A stretch of DNA of 63,634 bases, the filler included. It is 10 parts of 10 records of this genome, joined end to end, with 100 filler letters (N's around TTAATTAATTAA, not from the genome) between each part and the next. Parts side by side here need not be neighbours in the genome. Positions count along the whole stretch, not along the records: positions 27,366 to 33,413 come from SRR31156797_74577; positions 33,514 to 40,492 come from SRR31156797_74598; positions 40,593 to 46,437 come from SRR31156797_74735; 7 more parts are not named here. One strand, written 5' to 3'. Below are positions 30,823 through 41,900 of the stretch, piece by piece. A program made the position numbers and the translations under genes. Each line of letters opens with the position of its first letter. Positions within the stretch are counted from its first letter, which is position 1. The notes under the pieces were generated by a model that saw only the letters and a list, made by a program, of their open reading frames with translations, did no database searches and was not told the DNA's origin.

Positions 30823-32262
30823 TTACAGTGAGATCAACAATTCTGTAAGGAGATCCCAGACTTTCCTGATAGACGGAACATACATTTTTTCATCGGGGGA
30901 ATGCGGATCTTCAATAGTCGGACCCAGTGAGATCATATCCATTCCCTCATGTTTACCGCCGATCACGCCGCATTCCAGTCCACCGTGAATAACATTTACT
31001 TCAGCATCTTTATCAAAAAGCTTTTTGTAAACGTTTTTAGTTGCTGCAAGAAGCTTGGAATCCCAATTCGGCTGCCAGGAAGAATATCCGTTGCCACTTT
31101 CGTATTTGGCTCCGGCAAGATGTGCCAGCATCTCGATCTTCTGGGTCAGCATATTGCGTGATGACATAACCTGCGAACGCTGTGATGAAAGAATGCGCAA
31201 TACGTCATTTTCGGTTCTGATCACGGCAAAGTTATTCGAGGTCTCAGCCAAAAGCGGACCACCTTGATAAACAGAAGGATCCAATAGTTTTGGTCCATTG
31301 GGGAACGCGATCAAAAAACGTAGAATGCGTTCTGCAAGCTCTGCTTTGATCGCTTTGTCTTTTGTATCTGCTGCTTCGAGTTTTCCAAAGAGACCTTCTT
31401 CGAAACCTTTGTATTCATTCTGGAAGGTCGCGGCCATTGCAGCTACGATCTCTTCGGCTTGTTTCTTGTCTTCGGCCGGGATAGCAACAACAGCTTCCGA
31501 GTCACGCGGGATGGCATTGTGTGCCGTACCACCGTGAATGGAAACCAACTGCATACCGGTCTTTTCTTTCAGCTCCCAAAGGGTGCGAACCAGCATGGTG
31601 TTTGCATTAACGCGATGCTTAACAATATCACCCCCGCTATGTCCACCGAAACCACCGCCAAGGGTCAGTTTGTATGTGTCAAATTTAACATCTTCATATT
31701 CAAGATCGAACCAGGCTTTGGTATCTACTCCACCACAACAACCGATGGTAAAAACACCTTCGTCTTCCGAATCGATATTGATCAGGATCTTGCCTTTCAG
31801 TGAGTTCTCTTTTAATTCAAGAGCTCCTGTTAAGCCGGTCTCTTCATCAACTGTGAACAGTAGTTCAAGTTCGGGATGAGGAACAACGGATTCGACAATG
31901 GCCATAGCATAGGCCAGGGCAATACCATTATCGGCACCAAGCGTGGTCTTGTTGGCATAGAGCCAGTCACCTTTGTAAACAAATTCGATAGGATCTTTTT
32001 GAAAATCGTGTTTTGAATCCGGGGTTTTTTCACAGACCATATCCATATGCCCCTGAAGGGTGACAATGGGGCGGTCTTCATATCCTTCGGTCGCGGGGAC
32101 CGACATATATACATTCAGCACGTCATCGCGCCAAACTTTAATATTTCTTTCTTCAGCCCATTTAAGCAACCAGGCCGAGATGGCTTCTTCATGCTTTGAT
32201 TGGCGGGGAATCTGAGATATCTGTTCAAAAATGCTAAGAATATTTTGTGTGATCTTATCCAT
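30823..32262 (-). CDS. pepD: Aminoacyl-histidine dipeptidase (M20C)
   Basis: LQGHMDMVCEK, TTLGADNG, TVDEETG, NIDSED, HGGLECG, HSPDE. Confidence 0.94.
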   Translation of the reverse strand: MDKITQNILSIFEQISQIPRQSKHEEAISAWLLKWAEERNIKVWRDDVLNVYMSVPATEGYEDRPIVTLQGHMDMVCEKTPDSKHDFQKDPIEFVYKGDWLYANKTTLGADNGIALAYAMAIVESVVPHPELELLFTVDEETGLTGALELKENSLKGKILINIDSEDEGVFTIGCCGGVDTKAWFDLEYEDVKFDTYKLTLGGGFGGHSGGDIVKHRVNANTMLVRTLWELKEKTGMQLVSIHGGTAHNAIPRDSEAVVAIPAEDKKQAEEIVAAMAATFQNEYKGFEEGLFGKLEAADTKDKAIKAELAERILRFLIAFPNGPKLLDPSVYQGGPLLAETSNNFAVIRTENDVLRILSSQRSQVMSSRNMLTQKIEMLAHLAGAKYESGNGYSSWQPNWDSKLLAATKNVYKKLFDKDAEVNVIHGGLECGVIGGKHEGMDMISLGPTIEDPHSPDEKMYVPSIRKVWDLLTELLISL

Positions 32263-32367
32263 TCCTGCTCCTGTTTTTTATGTCCAAAGATAAAGGAAGC
32301 AGAGCAGGATTTCAATTGTTAAAATCATTATTTAAAAAACTACCCCCTCACATAGGCTACAGTAACG

Positions 32368-32390
32368 ATTGGGTCAATAATTGGGTCAAT
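32368..32390. promoter_or_regulatory. Tandem quasi-palindromic direct repeat between divergent pepD and nagB
   Basis: ATTGGGTCAAT-A-ATTGGGTCAAT. Confidence 0.4.
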
Positions 32391-32487
32391 CTTAATATTC
32401 CATCATGATTTACTTTTTCTTTTTTACTTTTTCCTTTTTACGTGTATCTTCCCGTGATTTTTTAAACATGAACGAAAGGAAACTACC

Positions 32488-33300
32488 ATGAGAATGATCA
32501 TCATGAACGACTATGATAAAATGAGCACATTTACCGCTCAATACATTGTTAAACGCATCAACGATGCACAGCCCGATGCTGATCGTCCATTTGTACTGGG
32601 ATTACCAACCGGTTCTTCACCTTTGGGCGTTTATAAAGAACTTGTCAAGCTTCATAAGGATGGCAAGGTATCATTCAAGAATGTCGTAAGTTTCAATATG
32701 GATGAATATATCGGACTTCCTGAAGATCATCCTGAATCTTACCACTACTTTATGCATGACAATTTCTTTCAGCATATCGATATTCCCATGGACAACATTA
32801 ATATCCTGAACGGCAATGCCGATGATCTGGAAAAAGAATGTTACGATTATGAAATGAAGATCCAGGCTTATGGTGGTATAGACCTGTTTATGGGCGGGAT
32901 CGGACCGGATGGACATATTGCTTTTAATGAACCTGCATCTTCCCTTTCATCAAGAACCCGTATAAAGTCTTTGACCTACGATACCATTCTTGCCAATTCA
33001 CGTTTCTTCGACAATGATGTGAACAAAGTCCCCAAACAAGCGCTGACAGTGGGAGTTGCAACCGTCATGGACGCCGACGAAGTCATCATTCTTGTAAATG
33101 GTTATAAAAAAGCCCGTGCCCTTAAAAAGGTTGTAGAAGATGGCGTCAATCACATGTGGACCGTTTCAGCCCTGCAGCTTCATCCCCGCGGCATGATCGT
33201 TTGCGATGATGAAGCTACTATGGAGCTGAAAGTCGGAACAGTGAAATACTTTAAAGATATTGAACACGAAGCGATCTTTTCCGTAACGAGTGACGAGTGA
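32488..33300 (+). CDS. nagB: Glucosamine-6-phosphate deaminase
   Basis: [29 protein letters not shown]. Confidence 0.97.
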   Translation: MRMIIMNDYDKMSTFTAQYIVKRINDAQPDADRPFVLGLPTGSSPLGVYKELVKLHKDGKVSFKNVVSFNMDEYIGLPEDHPESYHYFMHDNFFQHIDIPMDNINILNGNADDLEKECYDYEMKIQAYGGIDLFMGGIGPDGHIAFNEPASSLSSRTRIKSLTYDTILANSRFFDNDVNKVPKQALTVGVATVMDADEVIILVNGYKKARALKKVVEDGVNHMWTVSALQLHPRGMIVCDDEATMELKVGTVKYFKDIEHEAIFSVTSDE

Positions 33301-33311
33301 CGAGTGACGAG
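33283..33311 (+). repeat. Heptamer tandem repeat (GTGACGA)x4 spanning the nagB stop
   Basis: GTAACGA GTGACGA GTGACGA GTGACGA G. Confidence 0.8.
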
Positions 33312-33323
33312 AATTTAAATATT

Positions 33324-33360
33324 ATAGGGGATCCCGAAGCTTCGGGGTTCCCTATTTTTC
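33324..33360 (+). terminator. Rho-independent terminator after nagB
   Basis: ATAGGGGATCCCGAAGCTTCGGGGTTCCCTAT hairpin followed by T tract. Confidence 0.8.
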
Positions 33361-33413
33361 ATTAATACAATATTAATTATTATTTCCATTAACTTCTGCT
33401 TACCTTTTGTGTC

Positions 33414-33513
33414 NNNNNNNNNNNNNNNNNNNNNNNNNNNNNNNNNNNNNNNNNNNNTTAATTAATTAANNNNNNNNNNNNNNNNNNNNNNNNNNNNNNN
33501 NNNNNNNNNNNNN
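33414..33513. other. Artificial contig spacer
   Basis: N run + TTAATTAATTAA + N run. Confidence 0.99.
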
Positions 33514-35703
33514 CATCGGCGTTCTGATTTCATGGCTCATGTTCGCAAGGAATTCGCTTTTGGCCGCGTTTGCCGCTTCAGCTTCCAGGGCCAATTGATT
33601 GGCTCGTTCGATAGCTTTGTGGAGTTTTGCGTTGCTGTGTTCTGCCTGCAGTTTTGCGATTGTCAGGTGTTCGGTAAGCGCTTCTGCCTGCTTTCGTGAT
33701 GTTTCAGCATCTTCCGCGATACTCAGGGCATTCATACGCTGCGTTTCGATTTCCTTGAGCAGGTTCGCCATTCGCAGGCGATCCAGTCCGATCTGCCCGA
33801 GGTAGGCTGCAAAAGTAGCCAGGTAATCCAGTGTAGGCCCAAGTTCCTGCTCGGAGACGATTGGGATTTTTCGGAGTGTCTCGAGATACCTTTCCTCATC
33901 GAACCCAAACTCGATCGCCTGTCTGCGGTAGATTGACTCGTCAGGCTCTTCAAGAAGAAATTGCGAAACATAAACGTTTGCTACATGTTTTCCGTCAATC
34001 CTGATAGGGGATGCTGCGTACATCAACCCATTCTGGCATCGGAAGATTTTGTATCGATGCTCTTTTTTCATCCTGGTGGAGAGGGAAACGTGGCTATCTC
34101 TGCAACGTTGTTTCGTGATTCTGTTCTGTGTGTGGAATTCTGTGCATATCTCTTTCCAATGCGAACCGACGAATACATTTCCTTCAAGATCAATGATCGC
34201 AACCGGATGATCTATACATCGTGAAAACGAATCCAGGATTTTCTGGACGGCCAGTCGATTGAATAGATCTTCAAGCTGGTTCGGAATGTCGAGTTTCGAG
34301 AAATCCGCTGAAGACGGTGAAACGGTTTCGGCTGCTTTCTGCTCGGGTTTCAACGCGTATTTTTGGGGTTTCCTGGCGCTTTCGCAAAGAACGTTTACCT
34401 CGTCCTTCAACTCACGCATTCGAGTTTCACGGCCTTCCATGAGATTGTTGATGCGTTTTGTTTCAGCAAGCGTTTTGTGAAGCTCCTCTTCGGTTCGTTT
34501 GCGTTCAGAGATGTCCTCGACAAGGCCGTCTACGTGCAGAACAGTGCCTTGATTGTCTGTGATTGTATTTGCAGAGATTGAACCCCAGACAATATCGCCT
34601 GTTTTCGTCCTGAATTGAACTTCCATTCCTGAAACCGAATTGTTTTCATAAAGAGCATCATAGAATGACTTTTTATCCTGTTCATGATAGAACAGCAATT
34701 CGGTATCCGATTCATTCAGTTCTTCCAGTGATTCAAAGCCGAACATGTTCAGGAACGCCGGGTTGGCCATGATGATCCGCTGGACAGGATTGTGGACGCT
34801 TCGATAGAGTCCGACGGGTAACTGCTGAACCATGGTGCGATAGCGTATTTCACTGTCCCTGAGTTCGACCGTCCGTTGTTCAACCAGTTCTTCCAGGTAG
34901 TCCCGATGTCGCTGTAGTTCTGCTTCGGCTGCTTTTCTGGCCTGCACGATTTCACCGATTTTGATGATCGTTCGAATTGAGATGATCAGCGCAAAAAGCG
35001 GGATCAGGGTCAGGACGCTCCAGCGGATCGCCGCGAGAATCGCCATCGTCTGTTCGCGTTGCTTCTGCAGGTACAGGGTTTCCTTGTAGGTGCTCTGGAA
35101 TCCCTTGGTTGCGTCTTCCTGTGATCGAAGCAGGTACGTCTGAGCAGCCTTCATCTGGACCAGCGACTGTTGCTGCAACGTGTCTTTCTCCTGCTCTTGA
35201 GTGCTGCGGAGTCGTTGTTTCGTCAGGCTTTCGATTTTGCTTGCGACATCGCTGATGTCAAATAGTCGCGGACAGATGTCAATCACTTCGATGACGTAAT
35301 TGTCTACACTATTGGGTTGGTAGGCAATGGGTTCTTTCAGTGTTTCAGCAGATGCGAGATTCGTAGCGAGCGTATTCTGATACACTCCGCCATGCTGGAG
35401 GATGTTGAGAACCTTGTTGATTTCGTCCAATTCTGCTCGAATGCGATGCGTGATTACATCCACATCCCTGGAATCATCGAGCCTGACTAGCCTGTGCAGA
35501 TCCAGTTCGATCCGGGTCAGTTTTTTAAGAATAATCCGATCAAGAGTCCGGTGTGCAGAGTGGTTGGTTATCTGCATTTCATACTGCTGATCACAATGGC
35601 GGTAATAAATATTTGTGCCTATCACAATACCCAGACCACCCAGGATGATGATGATCAGGGAAAACAAACGTTTCTGGATTGGATCAGCCAGGCTATTCTT
35701 CAC
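33514..35703 (-). CDS. Membrane sensor histidine kinase: periplasmic domain, PAS, PocR, HisKA (3' truncated)
   Basis: Two TM segments; PAS ending VEDISERK; PocR-type ICTEFH...RC...FRCQNGL.YAASPI; H-box [17 protein letters not shown]. Confidence 0.9.
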
Positions 35704-35730
35704 TGCTGCGTCGCTCCGTCAAACAACTGG

Positions 35731-36573
35731 TTACTTGACGTTGTACAGACCATATTTGTTGAAAATGGCTTTCCCCTTTTCTGATGCCGCATACTCCATG
35801 AATTTCCTTGCGATTTCGGGATGTTTGGACGTTTTCAGCAAACCAAGTACCAGCTTCTTCGGCTTCGCATATTTCGTTTCGATGGGAATCACGTCCACGT
35901 ATTGGCGATTGCCATCCCACGTGGATGTCGCAAACCAGTTGATGACAACATCTGCCTGCTTGTCCCGCAGTACCTGGATCAGTCTTTTGGAGTCTGTCGT
36001 AAACTCTCTTGCGTTTTTTTCGACCTGGTTGAAAAGGCCTGCTTTTTTCAGGATTTTTTGGGTTTCTCTACCGATACTGCCGCTATCCGGATTCCCAATG
36101 ACTACGTAATAATCACTCCTGCTGAGGTTTGACAGGTCCGGTGTAATGTTTCTCGGATTTCCTTTCTGGACCATCATCGCTGCTTTGTTGTAGCCAACCA
36201 GCTGGGTGTTTGTGACGTAGCCTTTCTCAAGAGCCGTTTTGATGTAGGAGTCCGACCCGGGAAGAAACAGGTCGCCTACCTGGTTGTGCTCAATCGCCCG
36301 CAGGAGATTGCCGGAACCACCCGGTGTGAGCACGATTTCGCAGTTTTCCTGCTTTTCGATGATTGCCTTGATGTCGTCCATGGGTTTGGTCATGGTGATT
36401 CCACAGTAGATCAGCAGTTGTGGCTTTGATGTGCCTTCTGCTGACTGGGCTTCACGAGCACATCCTGCAGACCCTGCCCCAATCCATAGCAAGGTAAAGA
36501 CCATGAGAAAGACCATGAGCAATCTGGATAACCAGAGTGACGCTTGTGATTGACGTTGAGTGTTCATATGCAT
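35731..36573 (-). CDS. ModA-like periplasmic substrate-binding lipoprotein
   Basis: Lipobox SAGC; LLIYCG, GGSGNL, GDLFLPG, VQKGNP, GNPDSGSIG. Confidence 0.8.
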   Translation of the reverse strand: MHMNTQRQSQASLWLSRLLMVFLMVFTLLWIGAGSAGCAREAQSAEGTSKPQLLIYCGITMTKPMDDIKAIIEKQENCEIVLTPGGSGNLLRAIEHNQVGDLFLPGSDSYIKTALEKGYVTNTQLVGYNKAAMMVQKGNPRNITPDLSNLSRSDYYVVIGNPDSGSIGRETQKILKKAGLFNQVEKNAREFTTDSKRLIQVLRDKQADVVINWFATSTWDGNRQYVDVIPIETKYAKPKKLVLGLLKTSKHPEIARKFMEYAASEKGKAIFNKYGLYNVK

Positions 36574-36852
36574 TGATCTCCCTTGAAAGCGTACTCATCG
36601 AGTCGCCTTTTGATTGCATCCGGAAACTGATCCTCACTCATTATCCGTTCTACGCATACGAAAATACGTCAGTACGTGAATGACGATTACCGAGTTTTGT
36701 GTTGATCCAGTCCACTTTTACTATCGGTGTGGCATAAGATGCCCTTGAGAATGGCCTTAGCAGGGTATTCGACAATATCCTGTGCAGGTGCGATAACCAG
36801 AAGAGCCGGGAGCAGGAAATGAAAAGAGCCGGCGAAGCCAGCTCTGAAGAAA

Positions 36853-36926
<74 letters not shown>

Positions 36927-37048
36927 TCTCGGTCGTAAGTGCTTTAATGGCAGCACTTAACGTTTTCGGAAGCCCGCATTGTAACGCATTATCCTCTAAA
37001 ATCAAGTGGATGCGGGAGGTTTTTCCTGCATGGTCCGTACGTTTTCTG

Positions 37049-37492
37049 TCAGTGATCAATGATTTCCCATTGACCCGCTTTGGGGCCGGATGTGATTCGT
37101 CTGGCCTGGTATGCCGTTTTCTGGTCACATTTGCTGCATTTTATTGGGAAGTTGTCAAAATCTTCATCTCGCTGGATTCCGTAGTGTGCACCGCAATCCG
37201 GGTTTGTGCAGAGGACCTGAAAGAGAACGGTTTGATCGAGGGGGGTAACGGCCTGCTGAGGGGGGGCTGGGGTAAAGATTCCGACGAGCCCCTGGATGCA
37301 CAGCATTGCGATGACAAGTACCAGTGCGATGAGGGAATAGCGGATTATGGGGTTTTCCAGCCATTTCATCAGGATCGCAGGATCTTCTTTTGCTTCCGTT
37401 GAGTATTCCTGGATGGAGTCGCGGATTCCGGGAATGCTGTCCCGGATGGCACCGATTAATCTCTGCAGCCAGGTTTCCTTCTCTATGGGCAT
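37049..37492 (-). CDS. Hypothetical single-TM protein with C-terminal zinc-ribbon-like motif
   Basis: TM YSLIALVLVIAMLCI; CTNPDC...CSKC; AAGGA upstream. Confidence 0.6.
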   Translation of the reverse strand: MPIEKETWLQRLIGAIRDSIPGIRDSIQEYSTEAKEDPAILMKWLENPIIRYSLIALVLVIAMLCIQGLVGIFTPAPPQQAVTPLDQTVLFQVLCTNPDCGAHYGIQRDEDFDNFPIKCSKCDQKTAYQARRITSGPKAGQWEIIDH

Positions 37493-37655
37493 CCGTCAGT
37501 TCCTTTGATGTCCGATAACGTCTCAGTAAGACCTATTGTACCAGTTTTCCGTGATTTCGCATCCTGAAGATGGCTGGTTTTTTCGTCGATATTAAAGGAA
37601 CGACTTTGTACGGATCATGCCTTTCGATGGTCTGTATGAAAAGATGGAGTATAGA

Positions 37656-38420
37656 ATGACAACTGCAAACCCATCCAACGGGATTGATGTCTGGAAACGC
37701 GTGTGGGAGAGCCAGCCTTCCGTCGAAAAGGATCGTCGAAGACTGGAAATCGAAGCAGCCGGACCACGCTGGTCCCGGATCGTTGAGACCCTGGAAACAA
37801 CATATGGATCGATTCAGGGATTGAAAGTGGTCGAACTGGGGGCCGGCCGAGGGGACATGTCGGCTCTACTGGCAATGCGTGGGGCCGAGGTTACTCTTCT
37901 GGATAATCTGCCTGAAGTTCTGGATCAGGCACGTGAGAGATTTGATGCCCTCGGGCTTCATGCTGAGTATGTAGAAGGAGATCTTCTGGATATTCGCAGT
38001 AGCGTTGAGCCGCACTATGATGTGGCTGTATCCAGCGGTGTTATCGAACACTTCAAGGGAGGGAACAGGCTGGAGACAGTGATCGCGCATCGAGCTGTTC
38101 TCAAGAATGGCGGGATGGCGATAGCCAGTGTTCCTCATGCACACTGCCTCCCCTACAGGCTGTGGAAAGGATACCTTGAACTGCGCGGTTGGTGGCCTTA
38201 CGGGATGGAGATTCCTTATTCAGGAAGAGAGTTGAAAAAGCTCGCCCGAAAGGCCGGTTTCCGGAACGTTCAGACGGTTTCGACGTCGTTTCTAGAGAGT
38301 CTCGGTGAGCATTGGTATAAGCACTGGTTCGGACGGAGACCTTCGTGGAATCATCGCCCCTCCTTCCTTGATTCAAGCATGGGACAGGTGATCACACTGT
38401 ACGCACAGGCTGGACTGTAA
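37656..38420 (+). CDS. Class I SAM-dependent methyltransferase
   Basis: VVELGAGRG, YDVAVSSGVIEHF, LKNGG; GGAG before ATG 37656. Confidence 0.88.
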   Translation: MTTANPSNGIDVWKRVWESQPSVEKDRRRLEIEAAGPRWSRIVETLETTYGSIQGLKVVELGAGRGDMSALLAMRGAEVTLLDNLPEVLDQARERFDALGLHAEYVEGDLLDIRSSVEPHYDVAVSSGVIEHFKGGNRLETVIAHRAVLKNGGMAIASVPHAHCLPYRLWKGYLELRGWWPYGMEIPYSGRELKKLARKAGFRNVQTVSTSFLESLGEHWYKHWFGRRPSWNHRPSFLDSSMGQVITLYAQAGL

Positions 38421-38523
38421 CCACAGCGCAACGGTTTGTTTCACGTCATTGACCCGCATGCGATGAATTGAGATGATCTTTAAAGCGATGATGTGAACCT
38501 TTTTCCCGGAAAGGCCGGTAAGG

Positions 38524-39147
38524 ATGTTCAGAGGTTTGTTTCAACTGGGTTTTGAGATTGCCGTCGTGTGCGGGGCTGGGTGCGTTGTCGGATTGGCATA
38601 CAATTCGCTACGGGAAAATCCGATCCGTATTCATAAGAATTACTTTGAACGCCCGAAGGCGGCGGTTGAGTCAGCTGTTCCCTCCGAGTCTAAGGCCAGG
38701 ATGGAATTCAGTGAAGAAGACGCCTATTCCGAAGACATGTCGAGTTCAACTCTGAATACCCAGATGGGTGAGTACAACGAGGAAATGGGTGTGTACACGG
38801 TGGATTTTGATACCATCGTCCCATTGTTCGAAGAAGGACAGGAGACGGGTGCGTTTCTGTTTATTGATGCCCGCGATGACGCTCACTTCGGGGATTCGCA
38901 TCTCCCCGGTGCTGTGCAGATCGATCATTACATGATCGATTCATATCTGCCGGATGCGATGCCATATATCGAGATGGCTGATCACGTCGTGATATATTGC
39001 AATGGTGGAGATTGTGAAGACAGCCTGTTCGTCTACCAGGATCTACTGGATGTGGGCGTACCCGCAACAAAGCTCTTTCTATACAAGGGTGGTTTTGCGG
39101 AATGGGTCGCCAGGGGCATGGCTGTAGAAGGGGAGGAGCAGGAATGA
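38524..39147 (+). CDS. Membrane-anchored rhodanese-like domain protein
   Basis: N-terminal TM; FIDAR, HLPGA, YCNGGDCEDS, YKGGFAEW. Confidence 0.85.
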   Translation: MFRGLFQLGFEIAVVCGAGCVVGLAYNSLRENPIRIHKNYFERPKAAVESAVPSESKARMEFSEEDAYSEDMSSSTLNTQMGEYNEEMGVYTVDFDTIVPLFEEGQETGAFLFIDARDDAHFGDSHLPGAVQIDHYMIDSYLPDAMPYIEMADHVVIYCNGGDCEDSLFVYQDLLDVGVPATKLFLYKGGFAEWVARGMAVEGEEQE

Positions 39148-39737
39148 CACCTCAGGGAATTCTGGAATGGTTGAAGCGTATTGACAAGACCGGGCTCCCT
39201 CTTCTTGTAGCACGGATCATATTGATCTATGTATTTCTTTACATGGCATGGGACAAGATCATACATCCTGTCAATTTCCTCAAGCTGACCCATGAGTATG
39301 CGATTCTGCCGGAAACTCCACCCCAGTTTCTAACGCTTACCGCCGTGATTGTTCCGTGGCTGGAGGTAGTGTGTGCTTTATGCCTGCTGTTTGGAGTGTT
39401 TGTTCGCGGAACAGGCTTTACGTTGCTGGGGCTGATGATTTTCTTTACTGGAATGGTTACGTATCGAGCGGTTGGGATCTACTTTGCAGGGGATATTTCT
39501 TTCTGCAGTATCGAGTTCGATTGCGGGTGTGGGGCTGGAGTTGTGAAAATCTGCCACAAGATCCCCGAGAACATTGCCTTAACGTTTCTTTCAGCCATCG
39601 TTGCTTTTTCCCAGTCCAGATTGCTTTGTGGTTCCCGATTGTTCTGGTGGATTCTACCTCCGGTCCTGCGGTTTTTCGGATACCTTCCGAAGACGGTTAC
39701 ATCACCGGTGGATGGGACGGGAATGCAGGACCGATAA
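39144..39737 (+). CDS. DoxX/MauE-family membrane protein
   Basis: ARIIL...DKI..P, PWLE, DCGCG motif; ATG overlaps the rhodanese stop. Confidence 0.8.
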   Translation: MTPQGILEWLKRIDKTGLPLLVARIILIYVFLYMAWDKIIHPVNFLKLTHEYAILPETPPQFLTLTAVIVPWLEVVCALCLLFGVFVRGTGFTLLGLMIFFTGMVTYRAVGIYFAGDISFCSIEFDCGCGAGVVKICHKIPENIALTFLSAIVAFSQSRLLCGSRLFWWILPPVLRFFGYLPKTVTSPVDGTGMQDR

Positions 39738-39895
39738 TTACCTGACTTGTTTCGACTCTCTTGTGCAGCCTTGTGTATACAACGCAGGGCTGTTTTTTCA
39801 TTTATCTAATATCGGGTGCTGTGAAGGCCGATATATCGGCATGGTCGAGGGGGGATCAGGTATGCACAAAACTCACTACCAGTGGAGATAAGCAG

Positions 39896-40492
39896 ATGGC
39901 ACAAGCAGTTGAAGACAAGCAGGAAATCCTCCTTGAGGCCGGGACGAATGAACTTGAAGTACTCATCTTCAAGCTTCAGGACACGTATTACGGGGTGAAT
40001 GTGGCCAAGGTTCGCGAGGTGATCGGCCAGGTGAAAGTGGTCGAATATCCGATGCGTCACCAGGCAGTCGCGGGCGTTTTCAAGCTTCGTGATTCAGTCA
40101 TCCCCCTGGTTGATCTTCGGTCCTATTTCGAGCCAGGTTGTTATGCGGATAAAGAAGATCACATCGTTATCCTGATGGAGTTCAACGGATACCAGGTTGG
40201 CTTCATCGTCGATTCGGTAGAGCGGATCTATCGTCTTGGGTGGGACAAAATCAAACCTATGCCGGAATCCGATACCTCTCATCCGTCAGTGATCACTTCG
40301 GTTTGTCATATTGATGACAAGATGGCCTTGATGGTGGACTTTGAGAAGATTACCTTCGACCTGGCCGGGAAAGCAAACCTGTATTCCGTGGGCGGTGTTG
40401 AGGATAACACCGAGGAAAAACGAGCCTGGCGTGCTTCCAAGCATCTGCTGCTGGCTGAGGATTCTTCAACGATCCGTGGTGCGATCGAAGAA
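39896..40492 (+). CDS. cheV: Chemotaxis protein CheV (3' truncated)
   Basis: ILLEAGTNELE, YGVNVAKVREV CheW domain, then receiver start LLAEDS. Confidence 0.9.
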
Positions 40493-40592
40493 NNNNNNNN
40501 NNNNNNNNNNNNNNNNNNNNNNNNNNNNNNNNNNNNTTAATTAATTAANNNNNNNNNNNNNNNNNNNNNNNNNNNNNNNNNNNNNNNNNNNN
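40493..40592. other. Artificial contig spacer
   Basis: N run + TTAATTAATTAA + N run. Confidence 0.99.
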
Positions 40593-41885
40593 CCAGGTCG
40601 CCGCCTCGCACGAGGCGAGCGGCTTGCCCGTGATATGAGCGGCCGATGAGGCGAGCTTGAACCCGAGGATGTCCGAGCCTTCCGTCTCCGGAATCCCGCT
40701 GGCGGCGTACAGGTCCAGCAGATTGGCGGGCGAACCATGAGCCTGGTTGCGGATCGTCGCGCCATGGCTCTCGGCCCACCGGCGCCACGGAATCGTGAAT
40801 TCCTCCAACAGCAGATCGGAGATCGTCTCCCGATAGTCGCAACGCACGCGACCGATGGTTTCCTCGTCACCCTGACCGAACAAAGCCGGCAGGTGGTCCC
40901 GCAGATCGTAGCGGCGCCGGCGCTGGAACTCGTCGAGAAGGGCGCCGGTCCAGTTCGATTCGCCCGCGGCATCGTCAACCTCATACGAATCGTTGAAGTA
41001 GGCCCGCATTGAAGTGACATCGTAGCCGGCATAGGCGCGATCGAAGTGGCTCAGATAGCGACCGAGCACTCCCTGCGAGAAATGGTCGATCACATTGCCT
41101 TCCCCGCCCGGCCCGGCCCGCTCGACCATCTTCCCGTGCCAGCCCTGAAAGACCGCGTACAGCGTCCACGTGCCGGCCGGGGCGGTCCAATCGAGTCGGC
41201 CCTCGGCACCGACTTTCTCCGTCAGGTCCAAGGCCTGGCCCTCGGGACCGTATGCCATCAGGACCTGCAGAGGCAGAGCTTTCTCGAAACGCACCTGTTC
41301 CAGCGCCAGCGCCTGCAAGTTCTCGTTGGTGCTGATCGGCTCGGTCAGCTCGGAAATGTTCATCCGCCTGCCGATCGCGCGCACCATGGGCCTCTGCATA
41401 AACGTCACGGGCTCGGTGAGACGCTCACCTTGCTCCAACTCATACGTTTTGTGCGCGACATTGCGACAGGCATCCTCGGCGCCGACCCACTGGCCTCCGA
41501 AGGGCCAGCCGTTGCCGGTGGCCATGTCGATGCCCAGGTCGAGGCGCTGTCCTTCCTTGAGGGTGTGAACGAGCATGTCCATCCACGCGGGCGTCAGGTA
41601 GTCGAGGAAGCGATCCTCGTAGCCTTTGACACCGTAGATGGGCGTGATTTCCAGACCGCCCAGGCCGGCCTGCGCGTACTTTTCCATCTCCACCGTCAGA
41701 TCGCGCTCGCTGGCGATGCTGCCCATCCACCACCAGCGCGTCCAGGGCTTCGTCTGGTTCGTCACCGCCGGCCACGCCAGCGCCGACGCGGAAGCATCTT
41801 TCGCCCACGCCGGGCCGTCGGCAAACAGCGCCATCCCAGCGCAGAGCACTGCTGCCATCATTCGATTCGGGCCATCATTTCGCAT
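40593..41885 (-). CDS. Secreted glycoside hydrolase, GH106-like (3' truncated)
   Basis: Signal peptide; KPWTRWWWMG, GGLEITPIYG, GWPFGG, FNDSYEV, RNQAHGSP. Confidence 0.8.
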
Positions 41886-41900
41886 GCTCTCTCCTTAGAT

